Below are positions 56,485-64,000 of a stretch of DNA of 64,000 nt, one piece after another. Source of the DNA: Gemmatimonadales bacterium (lineage in GTDB: Bacteria; Gemmatimonadota; Gemmatimonadetes; Gemmatimonadales; GWC2-71-9). Position numbers and translations under genes: made by a program. Numbering within the stretch: position 1 is the stretch's first letter; the number at the start of each line of letters is the position of its first letter. The stretch covers positions 3,095 to 67,094 of the forward strand of contig JBDIWC010000009.1 in NCBI GenBank assembly GCA_039794085.1, read 5' to 3'. Below the pieces are notes generated by a model, which saw only the letters and a program-made list of their open reading frames with translations, was not told the origin of the DNA and did not search any database.

Positions 56485-58347
56485 TCAGGGGTTGTGGATG
56501 TGCACCTCGGTCTCACGCCGGAGGAGTTCCCCGTCCGGCCCCTCGACCGCCACGATCACGAGGTAGTCCCCCTCTTCCAGCCGTTCCACGTTGAGGGTAC
56601 GGCGGACCCGGTGCAGCGCGCCCGAGGAGACCTCCGAGAACCCGAGGGTGAACCGCACATCATCGCCACCCACGAGTCCCACCAGCCCGCCCCTCTTCTT
56701 GACCACCTGAACCTCGCTGCGGAACGCATTCCCCGCGGGGATGCCATAGATCTCGAACGCCACTTCCATCGGTTCGAGGGGATGGAACCGGGCGCTGGGG
56801 CTGAACCAGACCGTGTCGGCACCGGCGTTCCAGTGGAGCCCCCAGCGCTTCGACCCCACGACGAGGTCGCTGAGCGCCGGCCGCGGATCTTCCAGGGACG
56901 GGGTCCGGAGGTCCGAGAACACGACGTGCATTCCATGCTCCACGTCCTCCTCGACCACCACCTCCGCTGTACGGACGGCGGAGAGCACCGGGATCGATTC
57001 GACCCCCTGGACGAACCGTCCTCCCAGGGGCCGCGGGAGGCTCACCGCTCGCCGGACCACCTTCCGGCCCACGATCGTGCCGTCCTCACCGCGCAACAGA
57101 ATCCGCACGGTGACGGGGAACCGTGTGAACCGGTCCTCCCCTTCCCTCCCCACTAGATCCTCCGCCTTCACCGCATAGGCCACGTGCGCCATGGTCACCC
57201 CATTGTCCACCCCGATCGCCACCACCTCGGCACGTCCGCCAGCCCGGTTCGGGAAGTTGAACGCGAAGGTCTCCGAGCCAAGCCCCCGCTCCACCCACTC
57301 CTCCCCCTGCTGAATGGCCCGGGCCCGGCGATGGAACTCATTCCCGGCCACACCCGTTTCCGAAATCAGGTGAACCTGCCCCGTGGCCACGGCACGGATC
57401 TCATCCAGCGCCGGGTACCGGGCTCCTCCCCCATCGATCCGTCGCCGGGAACCGAGCTCGTTCCGCGTGGCCGGAAGGAGGCTGGGCATCGGGGCAAAGA
57501 CCTCCAACCCATTCTGCAGCAGGCGGAAGTCCCGGTCTTTGGGACCACAGACCTGGCGCTCGAATCGGTTGGCCGAGCGGTAGGCGGCACAGGCACGGAA
57601 GAAGACCTGGAACGGCTGCTGGCCCTCGTACCACCAGGTTTCCACCGGGGGGAGGAACGGCCCGACATCCACGTCGGCGCTGCCCCGGAAACGAACCCGG
57701 TCAGCGGACTGCACCGGGGTGGATCCGGGGGTGCTCACCACCAGGTCGGTGGGGTTGATTCCAGTGGAGGGTTCCGCCTCCATCCGGGCATTCGCGGAGG
57801 CATAGCGCCTCGCCGGCGGACCGTGCCGTACGTAGATCAACCCTCGATCATCGAAGAGAGCGGGAGGCGTGCGGACCTTTTCCCAATGCTCGTAGGTGCG
57901 CTCCGCCTCGGGTCGCGGATACTGCGCAAGGGCATAGCTGATCCGCCGGTAGTGCTCCGCGGCGCGCTCCCCCGACCGGTGGAGGGGTGACTCGCGAATC
58001 TGCCAGAACCTGTGAAGGAAGGAGACCCGATCCTCGCCCTGCGAATTCCAGAAGATCCGCTCTTCATCCGGCGTCCAGATCGGGCTCAAATCCCGGGCAT
58101 ACTCGGAGAGCGAGACCGTATCGTTGAATACGGCCCCATGGTACCAGGGATCCATTCCCTCCAGGCGACCTTCCGCCAGGAGGTCCCGTGCAGCCCGGAG
58201 GTACACCAGGCCGGGCTGAGAACTCCGGGCCGCCGCCGCTCGGATGGCGGCGTAGAGACTGTCCACCCCCCCGCCCTGGGCCCAGGCTGCCGGAGCGGCG
58301 AGGCTCCCGGCGATCAGGGCGGCCACAACCGCGATACGGACTCGCAT
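56485..58347 (-). CDS. Exported GWxTD-domain protein
   Basis: Signal peptide (MRVRIAVVAAL...AWA); FW..R....ER.AEHYRRI.YA...Y and DDRGLIYVRHGPP; C-terminal beta-sandwich; SD GGAGGT. Confidence 0.8.
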   Translation of the reverse strand: MRVRIAVVAALIAGSLAAPAAWAQGGGVDSLYAAIRAAAARSSQPGLVYLRAARDLLAEGRLEGMDPWYHGAVFNDTVSLSEYARDLSPIWTPDEERIFWNSQGEDRVSFLHRFWQIRESPLHRSGERAAEHYRRISYALAQYPRPEAERTYEHWEKVRTPPALFDDRGLIYVRHGPPARRYASANARMEAEPSTGINPTDLVVSTPGSTPVQSADRVRFRGSADVDVGPFLPPVETWWYEGQQPFQVFFRACAAYRSANRFERQVCGPKDRDFRLLQNGLEVFAPMPSLLPATRNELGSRRRIDGGGARYPALDEIRAVATGQVHLISETGVAGNEFHRRARAIQQGEEWVERGLGSETFAFNFPNRAGGRAEVVAIGVDNGVTMAHVAYAVKAEDLVGREGEDRFTRFPVTVRILLRGEDGTIVGRKVVRRAVSLPRPLGGRFVQGVESIPVLSAVRTAEVVVEEDVEHGMHVVFSDLRTPSLEDPRPALSDLVVGSKRWGLHWNAGADTVWFSPSARFHPLEPMEVAFEIYGIPAGNAFRSEVQVVKKRGGLVGLVGGDDVRFTLGFSEVSSGALHRVRRTLNVERLEEGDYLVIVAVEGPDGELLRRETEVHIHNP

Positions 58348-58480
58348 ATTCCACCTCCTGCCTAGGGTAGCTGATACGACCATCTCAATACTAGGACGAA
58401 ACGGAGTGGCGCGCCAGATCCAATTCCGGTTCTTCGGATGAGTGTGGGTCCCGTTGACACACCCCGAAGAGCCCAGTTTC

Positions 58481-58732
58481 AACCACGAAAGACACGAAAA
58501 GGCACGAAAATGGGCTCTTCAGGCTTTGGCATGGTCCATGTTCAGCCCGGAGCGCCTCCCCTCACCCTGGAGCCACTCTTTTCGTGTTCCTCTCGTGTCC
58601 GTTCGTGGTTTCATTCGATCTGCGTCGTCGGTGTCATCTGCGGCCTTCTTCCGGAGGGGAGGTGGGGCGTTCCGGCGCTCAGGTTGGCGGTCTTGTGGCT
58701 TTTGTGCTTCTTGTGGTTGGCTTTCGGCGTGA
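58481..58732. repeat. Periodic REP-like inverted repeat plus two further periodic half-repeats
   Basis: AACCACGAAAGACACGAAAAGGCACGAAAA (58481-58510) pairs with TTTTCGTGTTCCTCTCGTGTCCGTTCGTGGTT (58579-58610); ATCTGCGTCGTCGGTGTCATCTGCGG (58618-58643); TTGTG at 58693/58702/58711. Confidence 0.75.
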
Positions 58733-58825
58733 AGGAGGTGCTACTTTGTGAAATAATTCACAAACTTGCTTGACGCGAGGGCCCCGGGCCGAAGCTCCCT
58801 GACCTCGGCCCGTTATCTTTCCGCC

Positions 58826-59725
58826 ATGACCGACACCCGCATCGTACACCTTGGCCTGGTCCAGATGCACTGCACCGCAGACCCCGAGGAGAACACGACA
58901 CGCGCCCTCCGCGGCGTGCAGGAGGCCGCCGGGCGCGGAGCCCAGATCGTCTGCCTGCAGGAGCTCTACCGGAGCCCCTACTTCTGTCAGACGGAGCGGC
59001 ATGAGCACTTCGGGCTGGCCCATCCGATTCCGGGACCGGAAACGGCCGCCCTCGCCACGGTCGCCGGGGACCTCGGCGTCGTCCTCGTGGCATCTCTCTT
59101 CGAGAAGCGGGCGGAGGGGCTCTACCACAACACGGCGGCCATCTTCGATGCCGACGGGAGTTACCTCGGCAAGTACCGGAAGATGCACATCCCGGACGAT
59201 CCCCAGTATTACGAAAAGTTCTATTTCACCCCGGGGGATCTCGGTTTCCGGGTCTGGAACACGCGTTTCGGGCGCATCGGAGTGCTGATCTGCTGGGATC
59301 AGTGGTACCCCGAAGCGGCCCGCCTCACCGCCCTCGCCGGGGCGGAGATCCTCTTCTACCCCACCGCCATCGGCTGGCTTCCCGCGGAAAAGGCCGAGTA
59401 TGGGGAACGCCAGCAGGAGGCGTGGACCACGATGCAGCGGAGCCATGCGATCGCCAACGGGGTCCATGTCGCGGCGGTGAACCGGGTGGGGTTCGAAGCC
59501 AACCCCGGTTCGGGCGACGGCACCGGGATCGAGTTCTGGGGCGGGAGTTTCGTGGCCGACCCCGGTGGGCGGATTCTGCAGCGGGCGGGCACCGGGGACG
59601 AGGTGCTGGTCGTTCCCGTGGACCTCGCCGCGGTCGACGAGACCCGAACCCACTGGCCCTTCCTCCGGGACCGGCGCATCGATGCCTACGGCGACCTGAC
59701 CCGCCGCTACATCGACCCGGGGTGA
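58826..59725 (+). CDS. aguB: N-carbamoylputrescine amidase (nitrilase superfamily)
   Basis: Catalytic E-K-C triad in CLQEL, YRKMHIP..P.YYEKFYF, ICWDQWYPE; PTAIGW; WPFLRDRR; adjacent to aguA. Confidence 0.88.
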   Translation: MTDTRIVHLGLVQMHCTADPEENTTRALRGVQEAAGRGAQIVCLQELYRSPYFCQTERHEHFGLAHPIPGPETAALATVAGDLGVVLVASLFEKRAEGLYHNTAAIFDADGSYLGKYRKMHIPDDPQYYEKFYFTPGDLGFRVWNTRFGRIGVLICWDQWYPEAARLTALAGAEILFYPTAIGWLPAEKAEYGERQQEAWTTMQRSHAIANGVHVAAVNRVGFEANPGSGDGTGIEFWGGSFVADPGGRILQRAGTGDEVLVVPVDLAAVDETRTHWPFLRDRRIDAYGDLTRRYIDPG

Positions 59726-60837
59726 TGGTGACCACTCCGACCCGCGGAGGAACCCCGGAACCGGGCACGAACCCCGAGCCGTTCCCGCCCGGGAAGACCC
59801 CGGCGGAACTCGAGTTCCGGATGCCCGCCGAGTGGGAACCCCACCGTGGCACCTGGCTCAGCTGGCCCCACCGGGAGTCCTCCTGGCCCGGCCGCTTCGA
59901 CCGCATTCCCCCCGTCATCGCCGAGATGGTGCGCCACCTGGCGCCGGGCGAGGAGGTCCACATCAACGTGGCGGACGGAGGCATGGAGTCCGATGCGAGG
60001 CAGGTGCTGGAGCGCGCTGACGTCCCCGTCTCCAACGTTTTTTTTCACCATTTCCCCACCAACGACGCCTGGTGCCGGGACCACGGCCCGACCTTCCTCC
60101 AGCGACGACGCGGCGAGGACACCGACGAGCTGATCCTCAACTGGGGATACAACGCCTGGGGCGGAAAGTATCCCCCGTTCGACCTGGATGACGTCATCCC
60201 CGACCGGATCGCGGAGCATCTCGGCATCCCGGTGGTCTATCCGGGGATTGTCATGGAGGGGGGAGCGTTCGACGTCAACGGCCGGGGCACACTCCTGACC
60301 ACCGAGTCGTGCCTCCTCAACCCGAACCGGAATCCGGGCCTCACCCGGGAGGCCATCGAACGGATCCTCTCCGATCACCTCGGCGTGACCCGGATCCTCT
60401 GGCTGGGTGACGGGATCGAAGGGGACGACACAGATGGCCACGTGGACGACATCACCCGCTTCGTCGATCCCACCACCGTGGTGACGGTGCTCGAGGACAA
60501 CCCCGAGGACCGGAACTACGCGCCCCTCCTGGAAAACTACCTCCGGCTCCAGGCGATGACCGACCAGGATGGGACCCCTCTGCGGGTCGTGACCCTCCCG
60601 ATGCCGGCGCCACTCTGGTACGAGGGACAGCGGGTTCCCGCGAGCTATGCCAACTTCTACATCGGCAACGAGGTCGTTCTCCTCCCCGCATACGACCCAC
60701 CGACCACCCGGGCAGCCGAGGAGGTGCTCGCTCCCCTCTTTCCCGGCCGACGGATCGTCCCGATCGACTGCCACGACCTGATCTGGGGGCTCGGCGCGTT
60801 TCACTGTCTCACGCAACAGGTGCCCGCGCTACCGTAG
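59725..60837 (+). CDS. aguA: Agmatine deiminase
   Basis: RMPAEW, DAWCRDHGP, NAWGGKY, MEGG, NPNRNP, DDTDGHVDD, SYANFY, GAFHCLTQQ; TGATG overlap with aguB. Confidence 0.93.
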   Translation: MVTTPTRGGTPEPGTNPEPFPPGKTPAELEFRMPAEWEPHRGTWLSWPHRESSWPGRFDRIPPVIAEMVRHLAPGEEVHINVADGGMESDARQVLERADVPVSNVFFHHFPTNDAWCRDHGPTFLQRRRGEDTDELILNWGYNAWGGKYPPFDLDDVIPDRIAEHLGIPVVYPGIVMEGGAFDVNGRGTLLTTESCLLNPNRNPGLTREAIERILSDHLGVTRILWLGDGIEGDDTDGHVDDITRFVDPTTVVTVLEDNPEDRNYAPLLENYLRLQAMTDQDGTPLRVVTLPMPAPLWYEGQRVPASYANFYIGNEVVLLPAYDPPTTRAAEEVLAPLFPGRRIVPIDCHDLIWGLGAFHCLTQQVPALP

Positions 60838-60850
60838 AAACGTTAACAGC

Positions 60851-61317
60851 GGAGTCATCCCGAACACAGTACGTCATCCCGAACGCAGTGAGGGATCTGA
60901 GAAGGCGCCCGGAGTACTTCCCGCCGTCGGGTCGATGGAGGACCGTTGCTCCACCACCATTTCCATCCGGACGACAGGAAGTGCACCTGCAGCCTCCTCA
61001 GATCCCTCGCTATGCTCGGGATGACTCCGGAGTACTTCCCACCGTCGGGGCTGTGAAGGGTCGTTGTTCCACCACCATCTCAACCCGGACGACGGGAAGT
61101 GCACCTGTCACTTCCTCAGATCCCTCGCTATGCTCGGGATGACTCCGGAGTACTTCCCGCCGTCGGGTCGATGGGGTGCCGTTGCTCCACCACCATCTCC
61201 ATCCGGACGACAGGAAGTGCACCTGTCACCTCCTCAGATCCCTCGCTATGCTCGGGATGACTCCTCCTTCCTCCTCAGGTCCCTCGATACGCTCGGGATG
61301 ACCCGGCGTACTTGCCC
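60851..61317. repeat. Tandem array: 3 x 118-bp units with REP-like arms between convergent genes
   Basis: Units start at 60909, 61027 and 61145. Left arm GTCATCCCGAACGCAGTGAGGGATCT (60873-60898); right arms AGATCCCTCGCTATGCTCGGGATGAC at 61000, 61118, 61236, plus a variant at 61277. Confidence 0.92.
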
Positions 61318-63080
61318 TACACAAACGTTGGAGGAACCATTCGATTCCAACCCGTCTCCTCCTGATAGTGATGCGCCACCGTGAGTGCCTCGGACTCCCC
61401 GAAGAGACGGCCGATGAACGAGATGCTGACCGGCGTCCCATCCTCGCGATAGCCGTTCGGCACAACAACGGTGGGGTGGCCGGTCAGATTGGTCAGCATC
61501 AGCACGTTCCCCCCGAAGCTCGGGGTTACGAAGCAGTCCACCGACCGCATGGCCTCATTCAGTCGCACCATGGCCATGGTCCGTATCCTGTTGGCCTGGA
61601 TGTAACTCACCGCAGGAATCATCTGCGCTGACCGGAAGGTGTTGGGCCAGGCGTTCGGGGTCTGCTGGACCATCTCGTCGTCGCGGTTGGTGAGCACCAG
61701 GTCCTCGAAGGCCGCCCCCGCCTCGGCCGACAGGATGATCCGGAGCGCCCCGAGGGGAAGGTCCGAGGGGAGGGTGACGGGAACGAGGTCCACGCCGAGC
61801 TGCCGAAGCAGGTCGAGGGTCGCCTCGTCGTATTCCCGGGTGGGGCGGTCCTGCTCGAACGCGGCCTTGAGGTAGCCAACGCGAATCGTCGAGAGCGCCC
61901 GATTCCGATCCCAGACGAAGGGGCGGTCCACCGCCGTGAGGTCCTTCCCGTCGGCTCCGTGAATGGCATCGAGGACCAGCGCGCAATCCTCGGCGGAGCG
62001 GCAGATCGGACCGAGCTTGTCCATCGACCAGCTCAGGGCCATCGCGCCGGCGCGGCTCACCCGACCGAAGGTGGGACGGAGTCCGCTGGCGCCGCAGCGG
62101 GTCGAGGGGGAAACGATCGATCCCAGCGTTTCACTTCCGATGCTGAACCCGACCAGCCCCGCGACGGTGGCGGAGGCCGGGCCGGCGGACGATCCACTCG
62201 ACCCCTGGTCGGTTTTCCAGGGATTGCGGGTCATCCCCCCGAACCAGACATCTCCCTGGGCCATCTCCCCGAGCGACAACTTGGCCACCAGAACCGATCC
62301 CGCGGCATCGAGCCGCTCGGCGACAGTCCCCGTCTCCTTCAACATCTGGTTGCGATAGATCGGACTCCCCCAGGTGGTCGGGTAGCCCTCCACCGCCAGG
62401 AGGTCCTTGGCCCCCCACGGCACCCCGTGCAACGGCCCCCGGTACCGGCCGGCGGCGATTTCCGCGTCGGCGGCCCGGGCCTGTCGCATCGCACGCTCTT
62501 CGGTGAGGGTGATGGTGCAGTGGAGCACCTCGTCGTATTGCCGGAGGCGCTTGAGGTAGAGCGAGGTCAGCTCCACGGAGGAGATCTGCCGGGTCCGGAT
62601 CAGCTCGCCGAGCTCCCCGGCCTGAAGAAACGCCAGGTCCGATTCGGAGGGCGGGAGAGTGACTGCCGGCCGGCCGCGACCCGAGGGTGCCGGAGGAGGC
62701 TTGGGCGGTTCGAGTCCCGGAATCACCGGGGAAAACTGAGTGGCCGGCGGAATTCCATTGTCGAGCCGCACCGCCCGCATCTGGCCATACCCGGCGAGTG
62801 CCTGGTTGAGGTTACGGAGCATCATCTCCCGTTCGGCGGGGGTGAAGGAGACTCCTGCCACCCCCTCCGCCGCCGCCAGCATCTCCACGGTCACCTCCGC
62901 TTGTGCCGGGAGACCCTCCTCCGTGATCCCCACGCTGGACATCGGGTCACGCTCCGCCTCCAGGCGGGTCCAGAGCGCGGCGGGGAGCGCGGTGCCGCCG
63001 AGACCCACGGCACTGCAGATCACGAGGAAGTTGCGTCGGTCGACGGCGGAGGAGGTCTCGGAGGATACAGGTGTGCTCAT
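61317..63080 (-). CDS. Tat-exported amidase (amidase-signature family)
   Basis: VDRRNFL Tat motif; GPLHGVPWGAKDL, GSSGSSAG, GSETLGSIVSP, GLRPTFGRVSR. Confidence 0.92.
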   Translation of the reverse strand: MSTPVSSETSSAVDRRNFLVICSAVGLGGTALPAALWTRLEAERDPMSSVGITEEGLPAQAEVTVEMLAAAEGVAGVSFTPAEREMMLRNLNQALAGYGQMRAVRLDNGIPPATQFSPVIPGLEPPKPPPAPSGRGRPAVTLPPSESDLAFLQAGELGELIRTRQISSVELTSLYLKRLRQYDEVLHCTITLTEERAMRQARAADAEIAAGRYRGPLHGVPWGAKDLLAVEGYPTTWGSPIYRNQMLKETGTVAERLDAAGSVLVAKLSLGEMAQGDVWFGGMTRNPWKTDQGSSGSSAGPASATVAGLVGFSIGSETLGSIVSPSTRCGASGLRPTFGRVSRAGAMALSWSMDKLGPICRSAEDCALVLDAIHGADGKDLTAVDRPFVWDRNRALSTIRVGYLKAAFEQDRPTREYDEATLDLLRQLGVDLVPVTLPSDLPLGALRIILSAEAGAAFEDLVLTNRDDEMVQQTPNAWPNTFRSAQMIPAVSYIQANRIRTMAMVRLNEAMRSVDCFVTPSFGGNVLMLTNLTGHPTVVVPNGYREDGTPVSISFIGRLFGESEALTVAHHYQEETGWNRMVPPTFV

Positions 63081-63181
63081 GCCACGCTCCAGGGAAGAGG
63101 TTCGGGGTGTTGCATCTTAATAAGAGGATCCTTTTTGTGGGGGGGTGGATGGGCCCCCCTCCTGCCGATGTCCAGTCAACC

Positions 63182-63342
63182 CTCTGTGTCCTCCGCGCCC
63201 TCAGCGGTTCAAACCGTCCGCTTCTTACTCCCTGCGTCCTGGCGCCTTTGCGTGGAGGCAGTTCCAGGAGCTTCGTGTCTTCGTGTCTTCGTGTGAGTCA
63301 TGCGCATGCTCGACCATGGACCCCGGCGTTCGCCGGGGTGAC
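63182..63342. repeat. Cluster of four different co-oriented REP-like half-repeats
   Basis: CTCTGTGTC-CTCCGCGCC-CTCAGCGGTT (9-mer period); CCTGCGTC-CTGGCGCC-TTTGCGTG (8-mer); (CTTCGTGT)x3 at 63271-63294; TGGACCCCGGCGTTCGCCGGGGTGAC hairpin at 63317-63342. Confidence 0.7.
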
Positions 63343-63409
63343 GTTCCGGTGACAGAATGGGCCCCGAGGGCCATTGATCAGAGATCCCCAAAATGCGAAC
63401 TGCCCGTAC

Positions 63410-63451
63410 AAAAACACCAAACCGGCCGGCACCCCGAGGGGCACCGGCCGG
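63410..63451 (-). terminator. Intrinsic terminator downstream of the susD-like gene
   Basis: Minus strand CCGGCCGGTGCCC-ctcg-GGGTGCCGGCCGG followed by TTTTGGTGTTTTT. Confidence 0.75.
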
Positions 63452-63475
63452 CCAGGTTCACGCACTCTTCGTGTC

Positions 63476-64000
63476 TCAGTTGCCCAGAGGCGAACAGGGC
63501 GTTCCGAGCCCCCGGTTGTCGCACTCACCCGCGGGCACCAGCATAAACGGATGCACCACGTCGCCGGGGCGATCGAGAGGCAACTGGTTCAGCCGGTTGT
63601 ACTTCCGGTGATCCATCCACCGGCTCCCCTGCTCGAAGAGGAGGGAGAGGGTGCGGTTGTAGATGATCTCGGTGATGATGTCCGCGTCGGCGCTCGCCGC
63701 GGTCAGTGTGGTCGGCGGAAGGCCGCCGGCGTTCACCCGGATCAGGTTGATGTCATCGATGGCGCCCTGCTTGTCTCCGCTGCCGAGCCGGGCCTCCGCC
63801 CGGAGGAGGATGAGCTCCTCGTTCTTGATGAGCGGGATATCGGTGCCGAGGTTGGCCACCGACGTCGTGGGCGTGTTGTCGTTGTACATGATCGGCTTGA
63901 TGTCACTCGACAACTCATTGAGCACCCTGGGTTCCGCCACCTTCCGCGCCTTGGCGGTCCAGCGAAGGTCGTCGGAGCCGTCAGCGCGCAACTGCACCAT
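63476..64000 (-). CDS. RagB/SusD family outer-membrane lipoprotein, C-terminal part (5' end outside window)
   Basis: IPLIKNEELILLRAEA, AIDDINLIR..AGGL, IIYNR..SLLFEQGSRW.D.R. Confidence 0.85.
   Translation of the reverse strand: MVQLRADGSDDLRWTAKARKVAEPRVLNELSSDIKPIMYNDNTPTTSVANLGTDIPLIKNEELILLRAEARLGSGDKQGAIDDINLIRVNAGGLPPTTLTAASADADIITEIIYNRTLSLLFEQGSRWMDHRKYNRLNQLPLDRPGDVVHPFMLVPAGECDNRGLGTPCSPLGN

Noticed and set aside
60909-61262. CRISPR array
   Set aside because: The period is 118 bp, the 'spacers' are near-identical to each other, the arms form inverted pairs, and there are no cas genes or leader.
60874-61468. Short ORFs over the repeat array, and similar ORFs at 58438-58773 and 63071-63611
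   Set aside because: They are translations of repeat DNA with no SD or protein features.
1-64000. rRNA, tRNA, prophage, integrase or IS transposase
   Set aside because: None were recognised by eye. A covariance-model scan would be needed to exclude small ncRNAs.

Overview
A GC-rich bacterial chromosomal window. The gene repertoire (alternative complex III, SusD-like, GWxTD, Hanks kinases, split PntA) suggests Gemmatimonadota; this is an inference. It is densely coding with about 52 housekeeping and metabolic genes: actA/B/C, trmJ-pilT-ferritin-dinB, tetR/acyl-CoA dehydrogenase, queF/C/E, gltA, speA, a pseudo-HD / GGDEF / pseudokinase-kinase signalling trio, csp/infA, a 7-gene deacetylase-ABC-MFS-peptidase operon, acnA, a sigma-70, pntAB, thrBC, ettA, a glycogen cluster with three GH57 enzymes, aguBA, an amidase and a partial susD. 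I saw no rRNA, tRNA, CRISPR, integrase or transposase. Four signals stand out. (1) Two ORFs split by the ORF track form one exported peroxiredoxin-like gene with an in-frame UGA at the peroxidatic-Cys position, followed by a SECIS-like hairpin, which suggests a selenoprotein. (2) Three genes, including speA, appear to need non-canonical ATC/CTG starts, and five others look leaderless. (3) A 118-bp x3 structured tandem array with REP-like arms and two clusters of co-oriented periodic half-repeats bracket the aguBA-amidase region. (4) Several pseudoenzymes occur, including a pseudokinase-kinase tandem. All calls come from motif reading only; no database searches were run.
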